Positions 42,527 to 52,926 of a DNA stretch of 64,000 bases are shown here, piece after piece. Position 1 is the first letter of the stretch; each line of letters starts with the position of its first letter. Both the position numbers and the translations under genes were made by a program. Source of the stretch: Chloroflexota bacterium (GTDB taxonomy: Bacteria; Chloroflexota; Dehalococcoidia; UBA2979); the NCBI GenBank assembly GCA_002716405.1, contig PBBA01000002.1, forward strand, positions 21,028-85,027, read 5' to 3'. The notes below the pieces were generated by a model. The model made no database searches and was not told the origin of the DNA. It was given only the letters and a program-made list of their open reading frames with translations.

Positions 42527-43767
42527 ACAAGAAAAGAATAGTTATAACTGGTGCTGGTCTTATAACCCCAGTTGGAATCGGTTTAGAAGAAACATGGCAA
42601 TCACTGCTAAAAAACAAAAATGGAATAGAACGTATAGTTTCATGTGATGTCAGCGACATTAGTTCTAAAATCGCAGGAGAAATAACCAATTTTAACGTAG
42701 AAAATTGGCTATCCCGAAAAGATGCACGTCGAATGGACCGCTTTGTCCAATTAGCAATAGTTGCCGCTGACGAAGCCTTAAAACAATCGAAGTTAGATAT
42801 TTCATCTAACCCTGAACAAATTGGTTGCATTATTGGATCAGGAATTGGAGGGATCGCAACCTTGGAAGATCAATTTGCAACTTTTTTTGATAAAGGGCCA
42901 AGCAGAGTTTCGCCCTTTCTTGTACCAATGTTTATTTCAGATATGGCTTCAGGACAAGTATCAATCCGAACTGGTGCACGTGGTCCTAATGTAAACACAG
43001 TCTCTGCTTGTGCTTCAGGTGCTGACGCAATTGGAAATGCCTATGAGATATTATTGCGAGGAGATGCTGAGGCAATGATCACTGGCGGGACTGATGCAGC
43101 AGTAACTAGAATGTCATTAAGCGCCTTTGGTGCTGCACGTGCACTTTCAACTAACAGAAACCATGATCCCAGTCACGCATCTAGACCTTTTGACCAAGAA
43201 CGTGATGGCTTTGTTCTTGCGGAAGGATCAGGAGTATTAATACTTGAAACTCTTGAATCTGCTGAAAAAAATGGTGCTGAACCAATTGCTGAGATCATTG
43301 GTTATGGACAATCTGCAGATGCATTCCATGTAACACAACCTTCGGAAAATGGAGAGGGGGCAGCTCGAGCAATGAAGATAGCTTTATCTAAAGCGAATAT
43401 AGAACCTCACCAAATTGGTTACATAAATGCACATGGAACCAGTACACCTTTGAATGATAAATTTGAAACTATGTCGATCAAAAAAGTATTCGGAGAAAAT
43501 GCATATTCGATACCAATCTCCTCAACCAAATCAATGATTGGACATACATTAGGTGCTGGAGGGGGTATCGAAGCAGCAATAACTGCACTTTCCCTCAGAG
43601 ATCAAAAGATTCATGGAACAAGAAATTTGTCTATACCAGATCCAGAATGTGATCTTGACTATGTACCCGAACAATCAAGAAATATTTCATTGGACTATGC
43701 TTTATCGAACTCATTAGGGTTTGGTGGTCACAATAGTAGTTTAATTTTTAAAAAATTTACTCCCTAG
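42523..43767 (+). CDS. fabF: Beta-ketoacyl-ACP synthase II, copy 2
   Basis: RIVITG, VSACASG, SRPFDQERDGF, NAHGTST, KSMIGHTLGA, SNSLGFGGHN; ATGA overlap with copy 1. Confidence 0.93.
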   Translation: MNKKRIVITGAGLITPVGIGLEETWQSLLKNKNGIERIVSCDVSDISSKIAGEITNFNVENWLSRKDARRMDRFVQLAIVAADEALKQSKLDISSNPEQIGCIIGSGIGGIATLEDQFATFFDKGPSRVSPFLVPMFISDMASGQVSIRTGARGPNVNTVSACASGADAIGNAYEILLRGDAEAMITGGTDAAVTRMSLSAFGAARALSTNRNHDPSHASRPFDQERDGFVLAEGSGVLILETLESAEKNGAEPIAEIIGYGQSADAFHVTQPSENGEGAARAMKIALSKANIEPHQIGYINAHGTSTPLNDKFETMSIKKVFGENAYSIPISSTKSMIGHTLGAGGGIEAAITALSLRDQKIHGTRNLSIPDPECDLDYVPEQSRNISLDYALSNSLGFGGHNSSLIFKKFTP

Positions 43768-43775
43768 TTAGATCC

Positions 43776-45482
43776 ATGACCATAACATCTTCTAATCAGA
43801 TTCAAAAGCAATGGAAAATTAGCACTCCTCCCGATTTAGATGGATTCGCTGACGCGGGAACAGGGCTACCAATATTAATACGTACTCTTTTGGCAAAAAG
43901 AGGAATCGTAAATACAGAATCTGCACGTAATTATCTTGCAACACCAAAAAGCTTAACAGACCCCACATTAATGCCGAATATTTCGAAAGCCGTGAGTAGA
44001 TTAATTCAAGCATGTGAGAACAATGAAAAAGTAGGAATATTCGGAGACTTTGATGTTGACGGAATTACCGCGACAACACTTCTTACTGAAGGATTAGGAA
44101 ATCTCGGAATACAACCAATCCCTTATATTCCTGACCGATTCTCAGAAGGTTATGGTCCCAATATAGAGGCAATTAAAAAACTAGCAGATCAAGACGTTAC
44201 CCTCTTAATTACTGCTGACTGTGGTACTTCATCTGTAAATGAAATCGACCAAGCCAACCGGTTAGGAATGGAGGTGATAATCATCGATCATCACTCAATA
44301 CCTACCGTATTACCTCCTGCTTATGCAATTGTAAACCCAAAACTAAACGGATCTTATGGCTCAGAACCTGCAGCAGTTGGAGTAGCATACAAAGTTCTCA
44401 CGGTTTTATATCAAAAAATGAAGAGACCTTATGCACACATCGAACACCAACCACTTGTTGCCTTAGGCACAATATGTGATCTTGTTCCATTAGTTGGTGA
44501 AAACCGGGACTTCGTCAGAATGGGCTTAGAAGCAATACGATCAACGAATAGACCCGGCATATTAGCACTTGCAAAGGAATCAAATTTAGAAGTATCAGAA
44601 ATTACTGCTGAAACATTAGGATGGATTTTTGGACCCAAAATTAATGCTGCTGGACGTATCAAGCACGGGGAAATAGCTCTACGACTTTTACTCACTAAGA
44701 ATGAAGTAGAAGCGGAAATTCTAGCATTAGAGCTGGCTAACCTTAACCAGCAAAGACGTCACAATACTGAAAAAGCTATCATACTATTGTCCAAAAAAAT
44801 TAATCACTCAGATATGCAAAAACCATTGATCATCACTGGAGATTCAACAATTTCTAGTGGCATCGTAGGGTTGGCAGCAGCGAAAATAGCTGAACAATTT
44901 TCACGTCCATCTATAGTCATGGAAATCGGAGAACATGAATCAAGAGGGTCATGTCGTTCAGCAAATGGCTTTAACATCGTAGAACTTCTACAGCGCCATA
45001 AGGATCTGTTCATAAAATTTGGAGGCCATCATGGTGCTGCAGGTTTCACTATTAACTCTGAACGTATAACTGAATTAAAGAATAGATTTTTCAAAGATGC
45101 AAATCTCCATTTCAACTTGAATGAATTAAATTCTGAGCTAGAAATTGATGAATACCTCGAACTAAACAATAATCACCATCAAACAATGCAGTGGCTTGAT
45201 CTAATGGGACCTTATGGAATAGGTAACAAAGTTCCTGTATTTTTGTCAGAGAAAATACAGATTGTGGGTAAATCATCTGTAGGGAAAAATAAAGAACATC
45301 TTCAATTGAAATTAATACATCAGGAACAATCTTGGGACGCTATTCATTTCAACAGTTCTTACCACGACTTAAAAATTGATGAATACATAGATATTGTTTT
45401 TTCATTGGAACACAATAATTTTAGAGGCAAAAAGAAACTCCAATTACAAATTAAAGACTTGAAAAGATCGAATACTGAGTAA
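43776..45482 (+). CDS. recJ: ssDNA-specific exonuclease RecJ
   Basis: GDFDVDG, PDRFSEGYG, DCG, DHH, PKINAAGR, RGSCRS, GGHHGAAG. Confidence 0.96.
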   Translation: MTITSSNQIQKQWKISTPPDLDGFADAGTGLPILIRTLLAKRGIVNTESARNYLATPKSLTDPTLMPNISKAVSRLIQACENNEKVGIFGDFDVDGITATTLLTEGLGNLGIQPIPYIPDRFSEGYGPNIEAIKKLADQDVTLLITADCGTSSVNEIDQANRLGMEVIIIDHHSIPTVLPPAYAIVNPKLNGSYGSEPAAVGVAYKVLTVLYQKMKRPYAHIEHQPLVALGTICDLVPLVGENRDFVRMGLEAIRSTNRPGILALAKESNLEVSEITAETLGWIFGPKINAAGRIKHGEIALRLLLTKNEVEAEILALELANLNQQRRHNTEKAIILLSKKINHSDMQKPLIITGDSTISSGIVGLAAAKIAEQFSRPSIVMEIGEHESRGSCRSANGFNIVELLQRHKDLFIKFGGHHGAAGFTINSERITELKNRFFKDANLHFNLNELNSELEIDEYLELNNNHHQTMQWLDLMGPYGIGNKVPVFLSEKIQIVGKSSVGKNKEHLQLKLIHQEQSWDAIHFNSSYHDLKIDEYIDIVFSLEHNNFRGKKKLQLQIKDLKRSNTE

Positions 45483-45488
45483 ATCTAA

Positions 45489-45932
45489 TTATTTAGCCCA
45501 TATAGTTTTATATGTATCACCAGTTATGGCACGAAGTACTTCATTAAATTCTATAGATTTCAACATCTTGAGATTATCATTAGCTAAATCAATTAATTGA
45601 GGAGTGGTAATATCATCTAGTTCTGCTAAGCGTTTAATCAAAACATCCCATAATCCAAAAGATTCCAGAGAATTTACACGGTTTCGCCATGGAATTGCCG
45701 AAAAAGATTTTGGATTAGATAAATTAGGACGATGTTCACTAATAGACAAATATCTATCAGCGTAACTTTCTGCGATAGGAGCTAAATAAATTACAGGATC
45801 ACATGTATCACCTAAACGAAAATCAGCAACTAATGATTTCTCTAAAAGGGGGAAAAAAAATGCTACAACATCCGCTTCTTGAATATTTTGCTTAATGAGA
45901 TCTATATCAATTTCAACTATGTTATCTAACAC
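45489..45932 (-). CDS. Hypothetical protein
   Basis: Fills the gap between tyrS and recJ, co-oriented with tyrS; no recognised motif. Confidence 0.65.
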   Translation of the reverse strand: MLDNIVEIDIDLIKQNIQEADVVAFFFPLLEKSLVADFRLGDTCDPVIYLAPIAESYADRYLSISEHRPNLSNPKSFSAIPWRNRVNSLESFGLWDVLIKRLAELDDITTPQLIDLANDNLKMLKSIEFNEVLRAITGDTYKTIWAK

Positions 45933-45967
45933 AAAGCCCCGCCAACTTCATATCCAACATATATATT

Positions 45968-47206
45968 TTATTGCTGATCTATTCGTATACGCAAAAATCT
46001 ATGCCGACCAACTCGTATCTCATCTTTATCATTAATTAATGTCATGAAATCATCGATAACATTGCCATTAACAGTAATAGCACCTTGTGAGGTTAGCCGG
46101 CGTACCTCACCTCCACTTTGTACAAGAGAAGATTTAAGAAGAATTTTACTTAACGAATCTGGCTCAGCAATAACCAATTCAAGAATATTTTTAGGAATTT
46201 CATTACGCTGGATTGTAGCTTCAAAAAATTCCTGTGCATTATTAGCATTTTTTTCACCATGAAAAATTTTTACAATTTGCAATGCAAGTTCTTTTTTTGC
46301 ATCCATTTTCAGAAGAGAACCTTCATTTAAGTCTTTTTCTATCTTTGAAACTTCTGAAGGAGTCAATGCAGTTAAAAGTGTAAAATATTGCATAATGGCT
46401 GAATCCGGAATCGACATTACCTTTCCAAACATATCTTCGGGAGAATCATTTATTCCTATTGAATTTCCGGTAGATTTAGACATCCTCTCATGTCCGTCAG
46501 TTCCAACTAAAATAGGTAATGTAATAACAACTTGAGGGTTCAAACCAGCATCTTTTTGCAATGTACGTCCTGCCATAAGATTAAAAAGTTGGTCGGAACC
46601 ACCAATCTGAATATCAGTTTTTAATGCTACAGCATCATATGCTTGCATAATTGCATACATAAACTCGCTTAAGTAAACAGGATTATGGGCTTGCCAACGT
46701 TTCGCAAAGTTATCACGTTCAAGAAATTGAGCCACCGTAAATTTGGAACATAAAGAAACAACGTCTGAAAAACTAAGTTTAGACAACCAATCAGCATTGT
46801 ATTTTATAATTGTACTTTTACTATCAAGTATCTTAAATGCTTGACCAGTATATGTTTTTGCATTTTCAGCAAGTTCATCAGCTGAAAGCATCGGTCGAGT
46901 TTTATCTTTATCAGAAGGATCTCCAACCAGTCCTGTAAAATTGCCAATTAAAAATGTGACAATATGTCCAAAGTCTTGAAATTGCCTTAACTTTCTCATC
47001 GGCAAAGTATGCCCTAAATGCAAATCAACGGATGTAGGGTCAAAGCCTGCATATACCTTAAGTGGGCGGTCTTGCTCTAACATCACACGTAGTTCTTTTT
47101 CCATATTTTTCTGAGTTGCTCTATCACCGAAATCAGCACCATGAAACAAAACTTCTAATTGTTCATCAACATCTGCCATCTGCCTTTTGTTTTTATTAGA
47201 ACTCAT
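45968..47206 (-). CDS. tyrS: Tyrosine--tRNA ligase
   Basis: GFDPTSVDLHLGH, QAYD, GGSDQLFN, RMSKS, C-terminal S4 domain; ATGA overlap with ribF. Confidence 0.97.
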   Translation of the reverse strand: MSSNKNKRQMADVDEQLEVLFHGADFGDRATQKNMEKELRVMLEQDRPLKVYAGFDPTSVDLHLGHTLPMRKLRQFQDFGHIVTFLIGNFTGLVGDPSDKDKTRPMLSADELAENAKTYTGQAFKILDSKSTIIKYNADWLSKLSFSDVVSLCSKFTVAQFLERDNFAKRWQAHNPVYLSEFMYAIMQAYDAVALKTDIQIGGSDQLFNLMAGRTLQKDAGLNPQVVITLPILVGTDGHERMSKSTGNSIGINDSPEDMFGKVMSIPDSAIMQYFTLLTALTPSEVSKIEKDLNEGSLLKMDAKKELALQIVKIFHGEKNANNAQEFFEATIQRNEIPKNILELVIAEPDSLSKILLKSSLVQSGGEVRRLTSQGAITVNGNVIDDFMTLINDKDEIRVGRHRFLRIRIDQQ

Positions 47207-48126
47207 AAAAACCATGCCCTCGTCTTTAACAGATCGCTATCAATCTGTTGCTTTAATTCATTAATTCCATTGAATTTTTTTTCCGGACGAAGATAGCTCA
47301 GTAATTCAATAGTCACAATTTCACCGTAGAGATTGTCAGAAAAATCTAACAAATGTGTCTCTATAAGACGTGTTTCACTATAGCCAAATGTAGGTCGTAA
47401 ACCTATATTGGTACAACCAGCAATTTTTTTATCGCCGATTAGTGCTCGCGTAATGTAAACTCCGTCAGGAGGCAACTGTCGATCTGTGCTTGTTTCAATG
47501 TTCAATGTGGGAAATCCAAGCTGGCGTCCACGATGCTCACCATGAAGTACTGGCCCACGTAACGCATAAGGGCGACCTAAAAGGTTATTAACGATTTCCA
47601 TTTTACCTTCACGCAACGCCTGTCGCACACGTGTACTGGAAAATTGCCCAGTGCCATCTTCAAAAAGGGGGACTGGTATAACCTCGAAGCCCATAGTGTT
47701 CCCCAAGGATGAAAGGTACGTAACATCTCCTTCACCACCACGACCAACTCGGAAATTTTCACCGACAACTAATACTTTTAAACCAGCTTCTTTAACTAAC
47801 ATTGCTGCAAAATCTTTTGCTGTGACTTGTTGCAATTCTGAAGTAAATTGCAGCACAGAAGTAAAATCGACTCCAAGATTATTTATCAATTCAACTCGAC
47901 GTTCTAGAGATTCTAAATATGAAATTTTTATTTCAGGTTTAATTACAGCAATAGGATGGGGATAAAAAGTAATTACACCACCAGTGATAGCGCGTCTTGA
48001 TGCTTCTGAAAGCATTTTTTGTAACAACATTTGATGGCCTCGATGAACACCATCAAAAACTCCGATAGCTATTACGTGTTCTCCCGGAGATACCGTGGAC
48101 CTAAGTTCTTCTTGAACTAATGACAC
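47203..48126 (-). CDS. ribF: Riboflavin kinase / FAD synthetase
   Basis: IGVFDGVHRGH, SSTRVR, GRQLGFPTLN, GVY, NIGLRPTF, ETHLLDF, LRPEKKF. Confidence 0.96.
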   Translation of the reverse strand: MSLVQEELRSTVSPGEHVIAIGVFDGVHRGHQMLLQKMLSEASRRAITGGVITFYPHPIAVIKPEIKISYLESLERRVELINNLGVDFTSVLQFTSELQQVTAKDFAAMLVKEAGLKVLVVGENFRVGRGGEGDVTYLSSLGNTMGFEVIPVPLFEDGTGQFSSTRVRQALREGKMEIVNNLLGRPYALRGPVLHGEHRGRQLGFPTLNIETSTDRQLPPDGVYITRALIGDKKIAGCTNIGLRPTFGYSETRLIETHLLDFSDNLYGEIVTIELLSYLRPEKKFNGINELKQQIDSDLLKTRAWFL

Positions 48127-48155
48127 TTATACACTCCCTAAAATAATATTACGCA

Positions 48156-48959
48156 TTATATAGTTATGAAATTATCTTCAATTTGTGCAAAATCTGGTGG
48201 TTTTGCATTTTGAATTTTTATCAGATCAATGTCACCAAAATCTTCAGATTGGATTGCTTCAAGATATTGAGCTTTTATCAATTCTAATACTGCCAAAAAA
48301 TCAACAACAACGGACATTCTTGAAGTTGCATTATCAATAATATTTCGAAAGCTAGTACGATCATTCAGTTCCAGTAAATTCACTAAATCACGTAATCTAT
48401 CACGCAATCGAATTGGTTCTATCACTTCACTATGCGTTGATTCATTTTCAGGCAAACGTTCCATTACTTCACGAAGCACTTCAACCAGAGAATTAGTTGT
48501 AACTGTATCTAAACCTGTGGGCAATACAAATTCAGGAGGAGCTACCTCGCGACGATAGCTTTGAGATGTAGTATCGCGATCACGAAGAAATTCTACTGCG
48601 TCCTTAAATCTTTTATATTCATGCAAGGCCAAAAGTAAATCATCTGAATCTTGATCATCCGCATCTAAAACATTGTCATCTTTAGGCATTAAGGCACGTG
48701 ATTTGAGCAACAGTAACCTTGCACCGATCGCAACAAAATCGGCAAGATCTGAAATTTGCAGTTCTTCTGCTGATCTTAAGTATGTTAAGTACTGTTCTGT
48801 GACAAACAGTAAGGAAATTTCTGTAATATCCAATTCATTGTGTTCAATTAATTGCAAAAGTAAATCAAGAGGACCATTAAAATTACCACCAGCAGTAGAA
48901 AGGACTAGTTGAAAAGGTGTGTTATCTTCTTCTGATTCGAAAGACTCTTCTTGGTTCAT
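48156..48959 (-). CDS. scpA: Segregation/condensation protein A (kleisin)
   Basis: FNGPLDLLLQLI, LKSRALMP, FLAVLELIK, QSEDFGDI. Confidence 0.93.
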   Translation of the reverse strand: MNQEESFESEEDNTPFQLVLSTAGGNFNGPLDLLLQLIEHNELDITEISLLFVTEQYLTYLRSAEELQISDLADFVAIGARLLLLKSRALMPKDDNVLDADDQDSDDLLLALHEYKRFKDAVEFLRDRDTTSQSYRREVAPPEFVLPTGLDTVTTNSLVEVLREVMERLPENESTHSEVIEPIRLRDRLRDLVNLLELNDRTSFRNIIDNATSRMSVVVDFLAVLELIKAQYLEAIQSEDFGDIDLIKIQNAKPPDFAQIEDNFITI

Positions 48960-48980
48960 TGAATACCTTCGTGCACATCT

Positions 48981-49346
48981 CTATTCATTAACTAAATCTG
49001 CTCTGAGTGACGTAGCACCATGAATATAAATATGATTCAGTTCTGCATTCGATTTTTCTGTATTTACATGCATAAGTATCCTTATACACTGCTTTAGTCC
49101 ACCTTCAACATACATTTCAGAAAAACATTCCAGTGCAACTTCAGTCCAACCATCTTCCCTAGCGGCTTCAGCAGGAAAAACAGCATCTAAATCTCTAGTA
49201 CAGCTAAAAACAATTGAGGCAACATCATCTTTATGTATTGAATTTGCATCAACAATGCTTCTAAGTAATTCTTTAGTACGGTCTAGTATATCTTCCCTAG
49301 TATTTTGTGAAACAGTAGTAGCACCCCTTACACCTCGAAGCATCAT
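48981..49346 (-). CDS. aroH: Chorismate mutase, AroH class
   Basis: RGVRGATT, DLDAVFPAEAAR, CIRILMH, HIYIHGATSLRAD. Confidence 0.95.
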   Translation of the reverse strand: MMLRGVRGATTVSQNTREDILDRTKELLRSIVDANSIHKDDVASIVFSCTRDLDAVFPAEAAREDGWTEVALECFSEMYVEGGLKQCIRILMHVNTEKSNAELNHIYIHGATSLRADLVNE

Positions 49347-49368
49347 AATACAATTATCCTTCCCTGGT

Positions 49369-50199
49369 TTATGAAATACCCATATCTTCGCCTTTCATTT
49401 GGCGAATAAATTTAACTATTGCAGTAGATCGTTCTTCCAAGGATGCTTCTGAAATAGTACGTACAAAAGCACTTCCTATTATCGCCGCATCTGCTAGTTT
49501 ACCAACTTGTTCAACATGTTTTCTTTCTGAAATTCCAAAACCAATTGCAAGCGGTAGATCAATGTATTCACGCACCCTTTGTATAAAATCAGGTAACTCT
49601 GATGATAACTCTGATCGTGCACCTGTTGTCCCAGTAAGACTTACACAATATAAAAAACCACTTGCGTAATTTGCAACGTGCTTAAGTCTCTCGGCATTTG
49701 AAGTAGGGGCAACTAAATAAATTAGGTGTAATCCTGAATCTTTAGCAGCAAACTCCAAATCACGTGATTCTCCCGGGGGCAAGTCCACAATAATCAAGGC
49801 ATCGACCCCAGCTGCTTTAGCATCTCTGATCCAACGTGCAGATCCGTATGCAAAGATAGGGTTAAAGTATCCCATCAATATTATAGGAAATTCAATACCT
49901 TCTTTACGTATAAGTTTCACCGTCTCTAACACAGTACTAGTATTCGTACCTTGCTGGATCGCCTCATAATAGGCATTTTGGTTTGTAACTCCATCAGCTA
50001 AAGGATCACTAAATGGTAATCCTAATTCAATAGCGTCAGCACCAGCTTTTTCAACAATTTTTACGATTGAAATCGTAGCATCAAATTCTGGCCAACCTGC
50101 TGGTATAAACGGTATTAGTGCAGGACGAGATTCTTTTTGTAATTTGTTAAACATTTTTGATATTCGATCAGAGGTATCTTGATTCGTTGAGAAACTCAA
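49369..50199 (-). CDS. trpA: Tryptophan synthase alpha chain
   Basis: ELGLPFSDPLADG, MGYFNP, VDLP, GTTGAR, GFGIS. Confidence 0.97.
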   Translation of the reverse strand: MSFSTNQDTSDRISKMFNKLQKESRPALIPFIPAGWPEFDATISIVKIVEKAGADAIELGLPFSDPLADGVTNQNAYYEAIQQGTNTSTVLETVKLIRKEGIEFPIILMGYFNPIFAYGSARWIRDAKAAGVDALIIVDLPPGESRDLEFAAKDSGLHLIYLVAPTSNAERLKHVANYASGFLYCVSLTGTTGARSELSSELPDFIQRVREYIDLPLAIGFGISERKHVEQVGKLADAAIIGSAFVRTISEASLEERSTAIVKFIRQMKGEDMGIS

Positions 50200-50948
50200 A
50201 AAAGACCTCCGACAACTGTTACAACATAACTAACAGAATTAATTACAAAATGAACTGCGATAGGCACAAATAAAGATCCCGTTGATTGGAATCCCCATGC
50301 TAATAACATACCAATTAAAGAAAATGGAACCAACACACCTAAATTAAAATGAAATAAACCAAATAAAAATCCACTGACGATGATTCCTATCAGTGGTGAA
50401 TATATTCCGCTGATAGCACGATAAATAAGTCCACGGAAAAACACCTCTTCAGCAATTGGCGCTACCACAACAACTGCTATTGCAAGTACAGCTATATAGA
50501 GAATCGTGTGTATTGAAGAGTCAGTTTCTGTGATCACTATTTGATTAGTTCCTTTTAATAGTCCGGGATCAACACCTGCTAAAGTAATTAATTCAATTAG
50601 CAAACCATAAAAAATTAAGATCCCATAACAAGCGAAAATTAAAGATACTACTACTTTCCAATTTTCTGGTTTCTGAAAACCAATCTGAGAAAAATTGAGG
50701 TCCCGTCTTTTTGCAAGAATAACTACTAAAAATATAAAACTTAATTGCCAGAAAATAGTTAGAGTAAAAGTAACAACATCTAAAACCCAATCTGCCATAG
50801 TGATATTCATACTCACCGGAACCAAAAGAGAGAAGAGCAATACAAACCCAATTATCATCCCTAAAAAACCAAAAAGTAAATCCTTCTTGTACCATAATTG
50901 CTGTGTACTTAGAGCTGAAGGTTTATCAGGAATCATCCACCGCTCCAA
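50196..50948 (-). CDS. CPBP (CAAX protease/Abi) family intramembrane glutamic endopeptidase
   Basis: [23 protein letters not shown] motifs; multiple TMs; start may be 50936. Confidence 0.9.
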   Translation of the reverse strand: MERWMIPDKPSALSTQQLWYKKDLLFGFLGMIIGFVLLFSLLVPVSMNITMADWVLDVVTFTLTIFWQLSFIFLVVILAKRRDLNFSQIGFQKPENWKVVVSLIFACYGILIFYGLLIELITLAGVDPGLLKGTNQIVITETDSSIHTILYIAVLAIAVVVVAPIAEEVFFRGLIYRAISGIYSPLIGIIVSGFLFGLFHFNLGVLVPFSLIGMLLAWGFQSTGSLFVPIAVHFVINSVSYVVTVVGGLF

Positions 50949-52173
50949 GGGTGTTAGCGACCGTATTCATGTCTTTATCACCACGACCACTAACATTTAA
51001 GATCACCACATCAGTATTAGCAAGTTCGGGCGCAATTTTAGACAAAAATGCAACAGCATGAGAAGTTTCGAGGGCGGGAATAATACCTTCTGTTTCAGAA
51101 AGTAGCTTCAAACCCTCCAAAGCTTCAAGATCAGTAATTGAATAATATTCAGCACGCTCATTTACTTTTAACCAAGAATGCTCAGGACCAACCCCGGGAT
51201 AATCTAAACCAGCGGATATCGAATGCGCTTCAGTCACTTGACCCCAACTATCTTGAAGAAGAAAAGAGCGTGCCCCATGTAAAACACCAGGAGAACCTTT
51301 ACTAATTGTTGCAGCATGTTTACCGTCTAATCCTTCTCCTGCAGCTTCTATCCCAATCAATCGAACATCATCATTCAGAAAAGGGTAAAACAATCCAATA
51401 GCATTCGAACCACCACCAACACATGCCAAACATATGGAAGGTAATTGTCCTATTTCTGATAAAATTTGTTCACGCGCTTCCTTTCCAATGATAGATTGAA
51501 AATCTCGGACCATCATTGGATAAGGGTGAGGGCCTACCACACTGCCAATTATGTAATATGTATCTCGAACATTGGTTACCCAATCACGTATTGCTTCATT
51601 GGTAGCATCCTTGAGGGTTCTAGAACCTGCATTTACACTTTTAACTTCTGCACCAAGTAAGTTCATACGAAAGACATTTAAACTTTGACGTGCAATATCT
51701 TCTTCTCCCATATAGACAACACAATCCAAGTCCAATAGTGCACACACTGTAGCAGTAGCAACTCCATGCTGACCTGCACCAGTTTCAGCTATAACACGAC
51801 GTTTTCCCATTCGTTTAGCTAATAAACCTTGTGCCAATGCTGCATTAATTTTATGAGCGCCAGTATGAGCTAAATCTTCACGTTTTAAATAGACTTTTAT
51901 TCCAAGCAGATCTGAAAGCCGAGAGGCAAAAGTTAATGGAGTAGGTCTACCAACATAGCTTTTAAGGAAATGTTCCAAAGTACTGATAAATGCAGGATCA
52001 TTTTTTGCATCTAAGTAGCATGTCTCAAGTTCAGTAACTGCAGGCATTAAAGTTTCAGGGATATATTTACCCCCAAAATCTCCAAAATGCCCTCCAATAT
52101 CAGGTTGAGATATTTTCATTTTTTCTTTCATATAAACACTGTTTTTTTTCTTACTATATGATCTGTCAATCAA
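50926..52173 (-). CDS. trpB: Tryptophan synthase beta chain
   Basis: [15 protein letters not shown] (PLP Lys), [35 protein letters not shown]; true start may be 52119. Confidence 0.98.
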   Translation of the reverse strand: MIDRSYSKKKNSVYMKEKMKISQPDIGGHFGDFGGKYIPETLMPAVTELETCYLDAKNDPAFISTLEHFLKSYVGRPTPLTFASRLSDLLGIKVYLKREDLAHTGAHKINAALAQGLLAKRMGKRRVIAETGAGQHGVATATVCALLDLDCVVYMGEEDIARQSLNVFRMNLLGAEVKSVNAGSRTLKDATNEAIRDWVTNVRDTYYIIGSVVGPHPYPMMVRDFQSIIGKEAREQILSEIGQLPSICLACVGGGSNAIGLFYPFLNDDVRLIGIEAAGEGLDGKHAATISKGSPGVLHGARSFLLQDSWGQVTEAHSISAGLDYPGVGPEHSWLKVNERAEYYSITDLEALEGLKLLSETEGIIPALETSHAVAFLSKIAPELANTDVVILNVSGRGDKDMNTVANTLGAVDDS

Positions 52174-52916
52174 ACTTCTAAATCAACAGAATGAACCGTA
52201 TTGATAAATTTTTCGACTAGAACATAATCTTTTTTTCCATCTGTTTCAGTTCCACTAGACACATCAACCATCCAAGGTGATACTTTATGAATAGCTTCGG
52301 TAACGTTGTTTATATTGAGCCCTCCACTTAGCATAATTGGCCACTTACCCGAAATATGCTCAGCGATATCCCAGTCGAATGATTCCCCACTACCACCACC
52401 ATATTTTCCAGATGATGAATCTAAGCCCAGACCAATAGAAAATCCCAATTTAATTTTCTCTTCAATTTCGAAAGGTGTTGACGCATCATTAACGTGGACA
52501 ACTTTTATAACTTGCTTTGTCACCAATAAACAATCTGACCACGACTCCGATCCAGAAAATTGAACAAGATCAATTCCTAATTCTTCCACGATTTCATTTA
52601 TTTGTTCGATGGGTTGGTCAGCAAACACACCTACTGTTAGGGGTTTTTTGATTTTAAGATAGTTTTCGATAACTAATGCTCCTTGATCAAACCAAGACGT
52701 TCCATCTGAGTTGTTATCATTCAATACCGATGGCGGTAATGAAAATTCATTTGACTCTAAAGGTTCGTCTAATGAACGCATCATCGTATGAGCTTGTGTG
52801 ACAGAAACTTGTCGATTGGATTTTGCAAAAACTATGCCAACAAAATCTGCACCTACTGAAGCGGCGAACCTTATGTCATCAGGAGTTTGATTCCCACAAA
52901 TTTTAACTAATGTCAT
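52170..52916 (-). CDS. trpF: Phosphoribosylanthranilate isomerase with internal insertion
   Basis: [31 protein letters not shown]. Confidence 0.93.
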   Translation of the reverse strand: MTLVKICGNQTPDDIRFAASVGADFVGIVFAKSNRQVSVTQAHTMMRSLDEPLESNEFSLPPSVLNDNNSDGTSWFDQGALVIENYLKIKKPLTVGVFADQPIEQINEIVEELGIDLVQFSGSESWSDCLLVTKQVIKVVHVNDASTPFEIEEKIKLGFSIGLGLDSSSGKYGGGSGESFDWDIAEHISGKWPIMLSGGLNINNVTEAIHKVSPWMVDVSSGTETDGKKDYVLVEKFINTVHSVDLEV

Positions 52917-52926
52917 ACGCAATCAT

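Noticed and set aside
41282-43767. Type II PKS KS/CLF pair
   Set aside because: Both proteins keep the catalytic Cys (no CLF Gln), and no cyclase or ACP gene is nearby; reported as tandem FabF instead
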